DNA of 64,000 nucleotides from Nannocystales bacterium (lineage in GTDB: Bacteria; Myxococcota_A; Polyangia; Nannocystales; Nannocystaceae), in the NCBI GenBank assembly GCA_050633305.1, contig JBOEGF010000010.1:32001-96000 (forward strand). The letters are read 5' to 3'. Below, piece after piece: positions 1-9,882 of this stretch. Under the pieces are notes generated by a model that worked only from the letters and a program-made list of their open reading frames with translations, did not search any database and was not told the DNA's origin. Every line of letters starts with the position of its first letter. The stretch's first letter is position 1. The translations under genes and the position numbers were made by a program.

Positions 1-624
1 GTGCTCGACAGCGTCTCCCACGTCGCGAACCTGTCGCTGCGTGCAGCCTGGTTCCAGAAGTGGGCTGCGCATCGACGCCTTCGCCCCGAAATGTACGCCG
101 GTCGTGTGCACTTCACCCGCACCGGTGATCGGAACTACGGGTTGCCTGCGGAGATTCTCAACTCGGGTGCGGTCTCGATCCTCGAATCCGAAAACGGTAC
201 CGCGCTGCTGCCGATGGCCTTCGCCGAAGGGTCTCCCACCCACCCCTCGTATCCGGCCGGCCACGCGACTGTGGCGGGCTCTTGCTGCACGGTGCTCAAG
301 GCCTTCTTCGATGAGTCGTTCGTCATTCCAGACCCCGTCGTTGCGTCGAGTGATGGTCTGTCCTTGTTGCCGTACGGGGGCGGGGACCTCACGTTGGGCG
401 GGGAGATCAACAAGCTCGCGAGCAACATCTCTTTGGGTCGCGACTTGGCCGGCGTTCACTATCGGTCTGACGGTGTCGACGGCATCCTCGTGGGCGAGCA
501 GATCGGCTTGGCGTACTTGGCTGACATCAGCCGCGGATACAACGAGGACTTCGGTGGCTTCAGTCTCACGCGGTTCGACGGCAGTGAGGTGTTGGTCGCC
601 GACGGTCAGGTCTTCGACGTCTGA
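1..624 (+). CDS. Vanadium-dependent haloperoxidase, C-terminal part (5' end outside window)
   Basis: Vanadate-site motifs QKW..HRRLRPE, HPSYPAGH and GRDLAGVHYRSD, as in algal/cyanobacterial V-bromoperoxidases (PAP2 superfamily). Confidence 0.9.
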   Translation: MLDSVSHVANLSLRAAWFQKWAAHRRLRPEMYAGRVHFTRTGDRNYGLPAEILNSGAVSILESENGTALLPMAFAEGSPTHPSYPAGHATVAGSCCTVLKAFFDESFVIPDPVVASSDGLSLLPYGGGDLTLGGEINKLASNISLGRDLAGVHYRSDGVDGILVGEQIGLAYLADISRGYNEDFGGFSLTRFDGSEVLVADGQVFDV

Positions 625-645
625 TCGAACCTGCGGCTGGACCGA

Positions 646-680
646 CCGGAGCCTCCGCGTCCGCGAGGCTCCGGCTCTTC
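646..680 (+). terminator. Probable intrinsic terminator after the haloperoxidase
   Basis: Perfect 10-bp stem CCGGAGCCTC/GAGGCTCCGG, 9-nt loop, short pyrimidine tail (CTCTTC). Confidence 0.55.
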
Positions 681-761
681 GTTGGGCAACTCGGGATCGG
701 AGCGTGTCTGGGATCACACCGGGGTGGTGATCGTTGCACTGGGCGGGAGCACAACCGAGCC

Positions 762-1304
762 ATGTTCCGCCTCTCTAGCCTTCTGCTTCTCCCGCTCCTT
801 GTCCTCCCCGCCTGTGAATCCGAACCGAGTGACAGCGAGGAGGTCGAGACCGAGGTGGAGGCGGTCGTCGAGGCGACCGCCGATGTTGCCGTATTTCTCT
901 GCGAGTGCTCACTTTCGGACGCCGATGAGGGCGTGGACGCCTGCAACGAAGCCGCTGAGGGTGTGTTCGACGACACGGTGAACGAGTGCGTCGAGGATGT
1001 TGTCGCGATGGACCCGGAGTCGCGGGAGGTGATGCGGTGCAGTACAGCTGCGCTGCGCGGGCTTTTGGATTGCTACGAGAGCGCCGGTCTGTGTCCGGAC
1101 GGTAGCGGCTCGTCGAGCTCCGGGCCTGGCGCGGACCCCGATATGGGTGAGGAAGAACCCATCTCCGACGACACCTGTGGTCACGCCTTCGAAGCTGATA
1201 TCGAAGCGTGCGGCCAGCTCCCGGCCACAACGCAGGATGCCCTCGACACCTGTCTCGTGGGAGAGCAGAGCGGATCGGGGAGCTGCCGCGGCGAGACCTG
1301 CTGA
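762..1304 (+). CDS. Cys-rich acidic lipoprotein, unknown function
   Basis: Hydrophobic signal with lipobox LPAC; many spaced Cys; GC3-rich codons. Confidence 0.7.
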   Translation: MFRLSSLLLLPLLVLPACESEPSDSEEVETEVEAVVEATADVAVFLCECSLSDADEGVDACNEAAEGVFDDTVNECVEDVVAMDPESREVMRCSTAALRGLLDCYESAGLCPDGSGSSSSGPGADPDMGEEEPISDDTCGHAFEADIEACGQLPATTQDALDTCLVGEQSGSGSCRGETC

Positions 1305-1344
1305 CACCACACCTGCACCGCAGCCCAATTCCGAGTCCCGGCAC

Positions 1345-2385
1345 TCAGTCGCGCTCAGGACACAATGCTTCAAGGAGTGCCCTCGGGTGACGGTTCCACG
1401 GGGGATGCGGGGCGTCGTCAGCATCGATCTTTTGGTCGAGGAGGGTGCCTTGATTTCGACCGTTGACGGTCGGGCGTTCCTCGTAGATGGGGTCTTCGAG
1501 CGCGTCGTCGAGCGAGATCCACTGGACGTCCCGGGCCTCCAGCGCCGTGAGAAGCGGCTCGATCATCTCCGCGTCGAATGCTCCGGAGTGCAGAAGCAGC
1601 ACGTGCGGGATGCGGCGACCGTAGAGACTCTGTGCAGCAGCATCCGACCACTCGAGCATCTCGACAGCATGGTCGACGAAGGTCTTCCGCAGCGCCGCAA
1701 GTGCCTTCTTGTCTCCGATCTTGCGACAGCGGGCGTAGGGCGGGTTGAATGCCCAGTCGTAGAAGTCGATGGTGACAGGGACGTTTCGGTAGCCTCGCTG
1801 CTCCAGATGCTTTCGGATCGCGATGGTGTCCTCACGAGACATTCCCTCGAGGAGGAAGGGATAGCGAAACGTCGGCGTGCGACTGCCGTTGAGCGCGAGT
1901 TCCTCCAGGAGTGGCTCGTTGGCCGCGATGTCTTGGAAGTACGCCTTGAGGTCTTTGTCTCGAAGACTCAGATGGTTGTACGTGTGATTGCCCAGAGGGT
2001 GACCGGCAGCGGTCCACGCCTCCAAGGCTGCACGGCGCTCAGGGTGACCCTCGAGTTTCCCAGCGTTCACGAATCCATAGACCTGGGGAACGCTGTGGGC
2101 TTCGAACGCCGTGAGCAACGCACGGTGAACCTCCAGCGCCGAGAGTCCAGGGACGACGGGGCCATGCGCTGGAAGGTCGTCGACGGTGATCGCGATCTGC
2201 AGCGGGCCCAGCTGCGCCCGTTCGGGGGCCGGTTCAATCGGCGGGGCGATGGCCTCCGGCACCTCGGGTGCGGGGCAGGTGGGTGGGGTGACGACGGGTC
2301 CCTCGGTCTTGCAGGACAACACCGAGAGGGCAGTGCCGAGGACGAGCAGCTTCGAGAGCAAAGGGGGCCTCGCCACAGTGCACAT
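1345..2385 (-). CDS. Polysaccharide deacetylase (CE4/NodB) lipoprotein
   Basis: Motifs ITVDDLP, GNHTYNH, FRYPF, LLLH; lipobox VLSC; start estimated at ATG 2385. Confidence 0.85.
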   Translation of the reverse strand: MCTVARPPLLSKLLVLGTALSVLSCKTEGPVVTPPTCPAPEVPEAIAPPIEPAPERAQLGPLQIAITVDDLPAHGPVVPGLSALEVHRALLTAFEAHSVPQVYGFVNAGKLEGHPERRAALEAWTAAGHPLGNHTYNHLSLRDKDLKAYFQDIAANEPLLEELALNGSRTPTFRYPFLLEGMSREDTIAIRKHLEQRGYRNVPVTIDFYDWAFNPPYARCRKIGDKKALAALRKTFVDHAVEMLEWSDAAAQSLYGRRIPHVLLLHSGAFDAEMIEPLLTALEARDVQWISLDDALEDPIYEERPTVNGRNQGTLLDQKIDADDAPHPPWNRHPRALLEALCPERD

Positions 2386-2489
2386 GGTCGCACGTCCGGA
2401 CACCGTCTTCTCCCATGAACCCCATCCGGAGAGCCTAGGTGGGTGCATGACGGGCCCCCGGTGTCGGAGGGGCCCGCCCTTGGAGAGCC

Positions 2490-5393
2490 CTACTTCTTTT
2501 TCGTCGTGACCGCCGTACCAGCGCTCTTGCCGGTGGTCTCGGGGAGAAGCACGCCGTCGACGTAGCGTTTCTCGTTGAAGAACCGCTTGGCGGCCTTCTG
2601 CACGTTGTCCTTGTTCACGCGCTTGGTTGCCTTCTCGGCATCGCCGATCTCGCTGGGATCGGTTCCAAACCGATAGTGCTTCGCGAGCTGGCGCACCCAA
2701 AAGCGGTTTTCTTTCACGTCGGTCTCGAGTCCCCGGCGGCGAGCCTCGATGACCTTTTCGATGACTTCTTCGCTCGCACCCTCGGTCTTCACCTCGGTGA
2801 TGATGTCGAAGACCGCCTTCTTGAGTTTCTCGACATTCTCGGGGGCACAGCCAAAGCCGATTGTGTACGAGTACTCGGCCCGGGGGCGCCGTTCGATGCG
2901 ACCGAAGCTGAAGGCCCCGTACACCCCGCCCATCTTTTCGCGGAGGACTTCACGCAAGCGGATGCCCATGACATCGGCGAGCATCTCGATGTCGTCCTGG
3001 CCCTCGGCGCTCCACTTGGCTTTGCCGTGGAAGGTCATCATGACGAACGCCTTGGGATCCTGGCCCTTCTTCACGGTGAAGGCCTTCACGCCCTTGGGCT
3101 TGCGTGCGCCGATGTCCTTCCAGTTGTCCTTGCGCTTCTTGGTCGGAAGCGTCGCGAGATAGGTCTTGGAGAGCTTCCGGAGCTGCTGTTTGTCGATGTT
3201 CCCGACAAACACGAACGTGAAGTCGCTGGCGTCCGCGAAGCGGTCCTTGTACGCCGCCATCGCTTGTTCGAGGGACACCTTGTCGATGTCCTCCAGCTTC
3301 ACCGGGACACGGCGCTTGTGGTTGCTGCTGGTCTCTGCCTGCAGGCGCTCAAAGAAGACGGATTGAGGGTTGAGGTCGCGGTTGCGGACGAACTCGCGCT
3401 GGCTCTCCTTGAAGGCAGCGAAGGCCTTCTCGTCCGCCCGTGGCGAGGTGAACGACAGGTGAATCAGCTGCATCATCGTCTCGATGTCCTGAGGCGACGC
3501 GCTCCCGCGCAGGCCCTCCTCGAGCTCGTTCATCGTGGCGCGGACGGACACGTCCTTGCCTTGGAGGAACTTCCGCAGTGCGACCGCGTCGTGCTCTCCC
3601 ACGCCGCCTGCACCCGCGACCGAAGTCGCAAAACGTCCTGAGGCGAACACCTTGTTCCCGATGGCCGACGTGCCGCCGGGGCTGAAGGCTTGCATCAGGA
3701 CCTGGTCGTTCTTGAAGTCCGTCGGCTTGACGACGACTTTGACCCCGTTGCTCAAGGTCCACTCCACGGTCCCAATCCCGTCGAGCTTCTTCTTCGATGT
3801 GATCGTCCCGGGCTCGGGAACCGCCGCCATCAGCGATGTGCCTGTGGCTTCTTCCGTGTAGGGCTCGATCTTGGCTTTGCTGACGTCGTCGACGACGGCC
3901 AGGAGTGCGGACTCCTTGGGCATCTCGTCTCGCGCCGGGCCGCTGGCCATGACCACGCGGTCCTTGCTCGCCATCCATGTGGTCGCCGTCGCATTGACCT
4001 CCTCGAGCGTCACGCCGGGGAGCATCCGTTTGGCAAGCTCGAGCTTCTGAGCCGAACCCGGCAACGCTGCGTCGTTGAGGAAGGACTGGACGATACGACG
4101 GGCGTGGCTCCGACCCTTGACCTTGTCGTCTTCGGCGGCACCCTTCTCGTAACTTCGTAGGACGTCGGCCTTCTGTCGTTCAAACTCACTCGCCAGGAAG
4201 CCGTGTTTACCGACGCGCTCCACCTCGGTCAGCAGAGTGCGAAGCGCCTCTTCCGACTCTCCGGTCTTTGCCATCGAGAACAGCTGGAAGACGTTCGCCG
4301 CGCGACCCATCGTGTTGGAGAACGAGAACGCGAACATGAACGGTGAGTCTGGGCTTCGACGAATCTCGTCGAGGCGCGCGCGGAGCATTCCGTGGAACAG
4401 GTCGTCGACCAGCTCGTCGCGGAAGTCGGCTTCGGTGAGCATGGGCGTCGCCGGCCGCTTGATCGCGACCGACACCTGGGTGCGCGATGCCTCCGGGTCG
4501 GTGACGACGGCGGCACGTGTCTTGTCGAGGATCGGGACCTCGATGTTGGTCCGGGGGCGAGCGGCCTCGGGATTTTTCAGCTTGCCGAAGCGGGCCTTGA
4601 TCTCCTGTTCGACTTTCGCGGGATCCAAATCACCGACGACGACGACCGCCATGAGGTCGGGTCGATACCAGTCCTTGTAGAATTTCTTGAGGGTGTCGAC
4701 CGGGGCGGTCTCGAGGATCTTCTTCTTGCCGATGGGTTTGCGCTCAGCGTACTTCGAACCCTCGAGGTAGATCGGCCATTGCTGATCGAAGACCCGCTGC
4801 GACGCGCCCCGGCCGAGCCGCCACTCTTCGATGACCACGCCGCGCTCCTTGTCGACCTCTTCGGGGTCGAAGGTGATCGCCGACGCCCAGTCTTCGAGGA
4901 TGTCGAAGCCCTTGGTCACGGTCTTGGGGTCGTCGGTCGGGACCGTCAGCTGGTAGACAGTCTCGTCGAACGAGGTGTACGCGTTGAGGTCGGCACCGAA
5001 GTCCATGCCCGACTTCTCGATGTAGTCGATGAGCGTGTTCTTCTCGAAGCGCTTGGTTCCGTTGAACGCCATGTGCTCGACGAAGTGAGCGAGACCTTGC
5101 TGGTCCTCGTCCTCGAGCACCGAACCCGCGTCGACCGCGAGCCACAGGGCGGCCCGGTTCTTCGGAGCCTCGTGTTTGCGGATGTAGTACGTCAGCCCGT
5201 TGTCGAGCTTGCCGACACGCACGGTGGGGTCGGCCGGAAGGGCGGGCGACTCGGCGGTGGCTTTGGCGTCGTCGGTCGCCGTGACCGGAGCCTTGGGGTC
5301 TTCCGTCGTGGGCTTCTTCGTCGACGCAGAGAAGCTGCCGGAGCAGGCGGAGAGAACGAGCACGAGAGAGAGGGCTGCGCGGGAGAGCTTCAT
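2490..5393 (-). CDS. M16 family zinc metallopeptidase (PqqL-like), lipoprotein
   Basis: HFVEH inverzincin motif, LDNGLTYYI, NAYTSFDETVY, duplicated M16 halves, lipobox LSAC. Confidence 0.93.
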   Translation of the reverse strand: MKLSRAALSLVLVLSACSGSFSASTKKPTTEDPKAPVTATDDAKATAESPALPADPTVRVGKLDNGLTYYIRKHEAPKNRAALWLAVDAGSVLEDEDQQGLAHFVEHMAFNGTKRFEKNTLIDYIEKSGMDFGADLNAYTSFDETVYQLTVPTDDPKTVTKGFDILEDWASAITFDPEEVDKERGVVIEEWRLGRGASQRVFDQQWPIYLEGSKYAERKPIGKKKILETAPVDTLKKFYKDWYRPDLMAVVVVGDLDPAKVEQEIKARFGKLKNPEAARPRTNIEVPILDKTRAAVVTDPEASRTQVSVAIKRPATPMLTEADFRDELVDDLFHGMLRARLDEIRRSPDSPFMFAFSFSNTMGRAANVFQLFSMAKTGESEEALRTLLTEVERVGKHGFLASEFERQKADVLRSYEKGAAEDDKVKGRSHARRIVQSFLNDAALPGSAQKLELAKRMLPGVTLEEVNATATTWMASKDRVVMASGPARDEMPKESALLAVVDDVSKAKIEPYTEEATGTSLMAAVPEPGTITSKKKLDGIGTVEWTLSNGVKVVVKPTDFKNDQVLMQAFSPGGTSAIGNKVFASGRFATSVAGAGGVGEHDAVALRKFLQGKDVSVRATMNELEEGLRGSASPQDIETMMQLIHLSFTSPRADEKAFAAFKESQREFVRNRDLNPQSVFFERLQAETSSNHKRRVPVKLEDIDKVSLEQAMAAYKDRFADASDFTFVFVGNIDKQQLRKLSKTYLATLPTKKRKDNWKDIGARKPKGVKAFTVKKGQDPKAFVMMTFHGKAKWSAEGQDDIEMLADVMGIRLREVLREKMGGVYGAFSFGRIERRPRAEYSYTIGFGCAPENVEKLKKAVFDIITEVKTEGASEEVIEKVIEARRRGLETDVKENRFWVRQLAKHYRFGTDPSEIGDAEKATKRVNKDNVQKAAKRFFNEKRYVDGVLLPETTGKSAGTAVTTKKK

Positions 5394-5510
5394 GGGCGGG
5401 CTGCTTGTGTCCGAGGGGTCCGCAGGGTTTCATACGGGGTCACCCGAGTACGTGAGTTCGGGTGGGGACGGGTCCGGTCGTGAACGTCGTCATCATATCC
5501 GCTTTTTGTT

Positions 5511-5530
5511 ATATAATGCTTAGGTTATGT
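5511..5530 (+). promoter_or_regulatory. -10 box (TATAAT) overlapped by a putative ArsR autoregulatory operator
   Basis: TATAAT at 5512-5517; imperfect inverted repeat ATATAA-N8-TTATGT in an AT-rich patch just upstream of the ArsR GTG. Confidence 0.6.
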
Positions 5531-5536
5531 TTTCGT

Positions 5537-5899
5537 GTGGCCAGCAGTGACCGTCTGGATGCCCGATTTTCCGCCCTTTCCGATCCGTCGCGCCGGGCGA
5601 TCTTGCTGCGGCTTGCAGCTGGAGAGGCGACGGTCAGCGAGCTCGCGGCTCCGCTCCCAATCTCGCAGCCAGCCGTCTCGCGGCACCTCAAGTTGCTCGA
5701 GCAGGCGGGCCTCATCGTCCGGCGCATCGATGGCCAGCGGCGGCCGTGTCGCCTCGCGGACGGTGGCCTCGACGAGCTCGACGCGTACCTCTCCAAGCTG
5801 AGGCAAGCCGTCGACACACAGTATGCCGGCCTCGACCAGCTGCTCGAGCGTATGGCGGCAGAGACCCCGCCCAAGCGCACCCGGAAGAAGCGGCGATGA
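5537..5899 (+). CDS. ArsR/SmtB family transcriptional regulator
   Basis: FSALSDPSRRAIL...TVSELA..ISQPAVSRHLKLLEQAGLI winged HTH; start estimated at GTG 5537. Confidence 0.92.
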   Translation: MASSDRLDARFSALSDPSRRAILLRLAAGEATVSELAAPLPISQPAVSRHLKLLEQAGLIVRRIDGQRRPCRLADGGLDELDAYLSKLRQAVDTQYAGLDQLLERMAAETPPKRTRKKRR

Positions 5900-6014
5900 G
5901 GATGGCGGTGGGTACCCACCGTCGTCTCGGCCGCGAAGCGGTGTGCTCGACCTGGACCGACAAAATAACAAAAAACAAATGATCGATTCAGCCGCTCGCG
6001 CTTCTGCTCCGACG

Positions 6015-7142
6015 ATGAACCCCCCGCGACTTGCCCTCTTGCTCGCCCTCAGTTTCGTTGCCTGTGACAGTGGCTCCAGCGAGGCCGCCAAGCCCACCCC
6101 CGCAAAGGCCGAAACCGAGGTCGGGACCAAGGCCGCAGAAGCCAAGGGCTCCGGTCCCGCAAAGGCCGTTGCACCACCGGCGTACACACTCCCCGACGGT
6201 GCCGAATCCAAGGGGACCGCCCTTGCACAGAGGTTCTCGAACGACGACGCAGACTTCGACATCGAGTCCGCGAGCGATCACCGCACGGGTCTCCTGTGGG
6301 TCGCAGCCAAGGGCGACAAGCCGGATCAGGTGGCGGCCGCATTGCGACGATTGGACGAGCTGGATTCCGAGGCCTACGACCCGCTCCCCGTGAAGGTTGC
6401 TCTGGGTCGGTTGGACAGCAAGAACCCCGACGTGTTCGGGGCTGCGGTTCAGCTGGTCGGTGCCGCGATGTGGTTCGAACCTGCGGACCCGCTAGCAGTC
6501 CAGTCTCTGCGCGCGATCGTGGAGGGTGACTCGACCACGGAACGGAAGGCTGAGGTCGCGCGCATGATCGATGGGCGCGACGATGCGGCCTTCTTGGCGC
6601 TTGCGAAGTCCGCGTTGGGGGCAGAGGAGCCTGAGGTTGTCGCGTACGCGCTGTCCAAGCTGCGACGTCGCAAGACACCGGATGTCCGCGCCGAACTCGA
6701 GACGCTCGCCAAAGCGCGGCTGGATGACGAGAATCCTCAGCTCGCCGCCGAGGCCCTCGACGCCTATGCCAGGGTGGCGAACAAAGACGACACCGCAGCC
6801 CGCGCGGCGATCGAGTCGCGCCTCAAGTCGAAGCACCCCATCGTCCGCGCTTATGCGGTGGTGGCTTTCGCTCGGGTCGCGGGCAAGGCCGCGGCACCTG
6901 CAATCGCCGAAGCCATGAACGACACGGCAAAGACAAGTGAGCGATTGAAGGTGCGCTACGCCGAAGGCGGCGGGTTTGGGGTGGGCGCTCACCAACCCGT
7001 GCGGGAGGTCCGGCACATCGTCCCAACCGCACTCTCGGCTGCAGACCCCGGATTCAAGCGGAACCGCGTGGACTGGAACAAGCCCGAGTCTGTCGAGGCG
7101 TTCGAAACTCAGGTGAAGGGATGGGCCAAGAAGGCCGGTTGA
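6015..7142 (+). CDS. HEAT-repeat-like lipoprotein
   Basis: Lipobox FVAC, K/A/P-rich linker, helical repeats (EEPEVVAYAL, ENPQLAAEAL, KHPIVRAYAV); alternative start ATG 5979. Confidence 0.7.
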   Translation: MNPPRLALLLALSFVACDSGSSEAAKPTPAKAETEVGTKAAEAKGSGPAKAVAPPAYTLPDGAESKGTALAQRFSNDDADFDIESASDHRTGLLWVAAKGDKPDQVAAALRRLDELDSEAYDPLPVKVALGRLDSKNPDVFGAAVQLVGAAMWFEPADPLAVQSLRAIVEGDSTTERKAEVARMIDGRDDAAFLALAKSALGAEEPEVVAYALSKLRRRKTPDVRAELETLAKARLDDENPQLAAEALDAYARVANKDDTAARAAIESRLKSKHPIVRAYAVVAFARVAGKAAAPAIAEAMNDTAKTSERLKVRYAEGGGFGVGAHQPVREVRHIVPTALSAADPGFKRNRVDWNKPESVEAFETQVKGWAKKAG

Positions 7143-7150
7143 GCGGACGC

Positions 7151-7753
7151 TCAGGACTCGCGAAGCGACCGCGCCCAGCGCTCGAGATCGTCGAGGCTGG
7201 GCCGACCGTGCACGTCCGCCGCGCGAAGTGACTGCATCTGCGCCAGCAACAGCTCCCGACCGCGGCGGAGCCGGCTGCGCACAGTGCCTTCGGGAACCTC
7301 GAGGACCTCTGCGACTTCGGGCGCCGTGAGGTCTTGCCAGTAGAAGAGCTCGAGCACCAGCTGAAACGAAAGCGGAATCCGGCGGAGGCCCTCCGCCAAC
7401 AACCGTTGTTCTTCACGGTCGACGACCACCGTGCTGGGGGTTGGGTCGAGATCCCAGACCGATGTGGCCTCGGGTGCGAACAGGTCGTTGTCTCGGCTAC
7501 GGCGTCGGAAGTGCGCGATCAGTTCGCGGTGCGCGATGGTCAGGAGATAGGAGCGGAACTTGGCGCCATCGCGAACGGCGTCGCGACTCTCGACACAGCG
7601 CAGAAACGTGGCCTGAAGCAGGTCATCCATCACATCCGCGGCCTTGTTGGCGAAGAAGCGCACCAACAGTTCTGTGTGCCGGCCGATGAGGTCCGCACCG
7701 GCCGCCGTATCGCCTGCTCTCCAGGCTTGGAGTAGCTTCACCTCGTCCACCAC
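7151..7753 (-). CDS. ECF sigma-70 factor
   Basis: Sigma2 DDLLQATF / FRSYLLTIA, sigma4 EVAEVLEVPEGTVRSRLRRGR; start GTG 7753 (or TTG 7771). Confidence 0.92.
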   Translation of the reverse strand: MVDEVKLLQAWRAGDTAAGADLIGRHTELLVRFFANKAADVMDDLLQATFLRCVESRDAVRDGAKFRSYLLTIAHRELIAHFRRRSRDNDLFAPEATSVWDLDPTPSTVVVDREEQRLLAEGLRRIPLSFQLVLELFYWQDLTAPEVAEVLEVPEGTVRSRLRRGRELLLAQMQSLRAADVHGRPSLDDLERWARSLRES

Positions 7754-7797
7754 GCTGCACGTTGATAGCAACCCGGACCCGCCCGCACAATTGCCTC

Positions 7798-9861
7798 ATG
7801 CGAGACTTCGACGGACTTCTACGACGCGGGACCACAGTGGACCCGCTCGAGCTTCGGCGTCTCGTTGCATCGGTGCGCGCACGGGTGCTCGGCCGAACAG
7901 AACGGACGACGCTCGGCCGCTACGTGCTCCGCGGCAAGCTGGGCCAGGGGGGATTCGGCACCGTGTATCGCGCGTTTGACCCCCAGACCCAGCGTGAGGT
8001 GGCCGTAAAGGTGCTGCGGCCCGACCGAGGACGACGGAGTCTCCGCGATGAAGCACGAGCAATCGCGGCGGTCGAGAGCGCCCATGTCGTACGGGTCCTC
8101 GACTATGGCAGCGACGCAGAGCGGGACTACTTCGTCATGGAGTTGGTCGAGGGGCAGTCGCTGCGGGGGTGGCTGGCGGGCGATCTCGAGAAAACCCTGC
8201 TCGTTCTCGACGACCTGTTGCGCGGCGTGGAGGCGATCCACGCGTGTGGACTCGTGCACTGCGACCTCAAACCGGAGAACGTCGTCATCGATCTGCACGG
8301 TCGAGCGGTCATCATGGACTTCGGACTCGCGCTGCCTGTCGCCGCACTGCGGGAGCGAAGCGATCCCGTGGGCGGAAGCCCCCCGTACAGTGCGCCAGAG
8401 CAGTTTACTCAGGCGGCACTCGATGCGCGGGTCGATCAGTACGCGCTCGGCAAGATCGGACTCGAGCTGTTGCCACCAGAGTCGGAGCCGCGTATCCGAG
8501 CTGTATTGCGTCGTGCGAGCGCTCCGAGCCCCGACCTGCGGTTCGTATCGGTCGCTGATTTTCGTAGAGCCTTGCGGAGGCCCTCCCCGCTGGGGACCGC
8601 AGGTGCGCTGACGTTTCTCGTCGCTCCGATACTTGCCGCCGTCGGTTTCGCGGCGTTGCCGGCGGCACCCACAGCCGAGAGCTCGCCTCAGGAGGTCTCC
8701 GCTCGGATCCCCAACGACGCGCTCCGTGTCGAGTTGTTGGCGGTGGACGCCCTGTTGGAGGCAGAGCACCTCGAGGCAGCACGTGTTGCGTTGGACGCCA
8801 TCCCCCGCGAAGTGTGGTTGGAAGGCGACGCGTCGGGCCAGGCTGACGAACTCGCGATGCGGGCCACGCTTGCCTTCCAACGCAACGATGTCGATGGAGG
8901 TCTCGACGCCTTGGAGTCGGCGGTGTGGGTCGCAGTCGAGGCCGATCGGTATCAGAGCGCCGCGCTCCATGCCACCGAACTCGCGGCTCGCATCGCCCAG
9001 CACCTCGGTGACGCGGAGGCCGCCGCGCGAATGAGTTCGCTGGCGTGGTTGGCCGTCGAACGCGAGGGGTCCCCGCCGCCTCTTGTTGCTCGCTACTGGA
9101 ATTCGGTGGCTCATGTCGAACGGTTCTTGGGGCGACCGGAGGGAGAACTGGATGCGGCGAAGCGTGCCGTCGAAGCTCTGGAGAACACGGCGGACGGTCC
9201 CAGTTGGCAGGAACTGGGGACGCTCGGGTTTGCCTACACCTCGGTCGGTGACTTCGAAGGTGCGCGGCTCAACCTTGAACGCGCCCTGGAACGCGGTGCC
9301 GACGACCCAAGCGCGCACGCCATCGTGGCGCCTGGACTCGCCGACCTGGAGTTCCAGCAGGGGAATGTCGGTGCTGCAATTCGGATGGGTCGGGCGGTGG
9401 TTGAACACAGCGTTGCTGCGAGAGGTGCCGACCATCCCTTCACGGTCAACGCGAGAGCACAGTTGGGCCTTTTCCTGATCGAGCACGATCCGCCGCAGGC
9501 GGTGATCGAGCTGCGTACCGCAGACGCGCTCAACGCCAAGGCCACGGGGATCTTCGCGCAGGTCGTGCGCGCCAACCTTGGCCGCGCACTCGCGGGTGCA
9601 GGCAAAATGGAAGAAGGAGAAACGCTCCTGCTCCGAGTGTTGGCTGACCTCGACGCCGCGGGTACCAGTCCAGCGTACGATGTCGCCTTCATCTGGGGCA
9701 TGCTCGGAGAGGTGCGCGAGATGGCGGATCGGCCTCATCTCGCACGAGATGCGTACGACCAGGCGCTCGAACGACTTCCTCCTGATGCGGAGATGGACAG
9801 CCTGCGCGAAGACCTCGAGGAGAGGCGCGCCGCGGTCACGCAGACGGACTCCGCACCGTGA
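7798..9861 (+). CDS. Ser/Thr protein kinase with TM helix and C-terminal TPR region
   Basis: LGQGGFGTVY, VAVK, HCDLKPEN, DFGLA, YSAPE; hydrophobic segment followed by TPR-like helices. Confidence 0.9.
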   Translation: MRDFDGLLRRGTTVDPLELRRLVASVRARVLGRTERTTLGRYVLRGKLGQGGFGTVYRAFDPQTQREVAVKVLRPDRGRRSLRDEARAIAAVESAHVVRVLDYGSDAERDYFVMELVEGQSLRGWLAGDLEKTLLVLDDLLRGVEAIHACGLVHCDLKPENVVIDLHGRAVIMDFGLALPVAALRERSDPVGGSPPYSAPEQFTQAALDARVDQYALGKIGLELLPPESEPRIRAVLRRASAPSPDLRFVSVADFRRALRRPSPLGTAGALTFLVAPILAAVGFAALPAAPTAESSPQEVSARIPNDALRVELLAVDALLEAEHLEAARVALDAIPREVWLEGDASGQADELAMRATLAFQRNDVDGGLDALESAVWVAVEADRYQSAALHATELAARIAQHLGDAEAAARMSSLAWLAVEREGSPPPLVARYWNSVAHVERFLGRPEGELDAAKRAVEALENTADGPSWQELGTLGFAYTSVGDFEGARLNLERALERGADDPSAHAIVAPGLADLEFQQGNVGAAIRMGRAVVEHSVAARGADHPFTVNARAQLGLFLIEHDPPQAVIELRTADALNAKATGIFAQVVRANLGRALAGAGKMEEGETLLLRVLADLDAAGTSPAYDVAFIWGMLGEVREMADRPHLARDAYDQALERLPPDAEMDSLREDLEERRAAVTQTDSAP

Positions 9862-9882
9862 TTTCGGGCATGCGGTGGATGC

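Noticed and set aside
7819..9738. 639-aa antisense ORF over the kinase (likewise 1147-2418, 38636-40024, 51861-53201, 57351-58457, 59595-61340)
   Set aside because: Shadow ORFs expected in high-GC DNA; the opposite strand carries the recognisable motifs.
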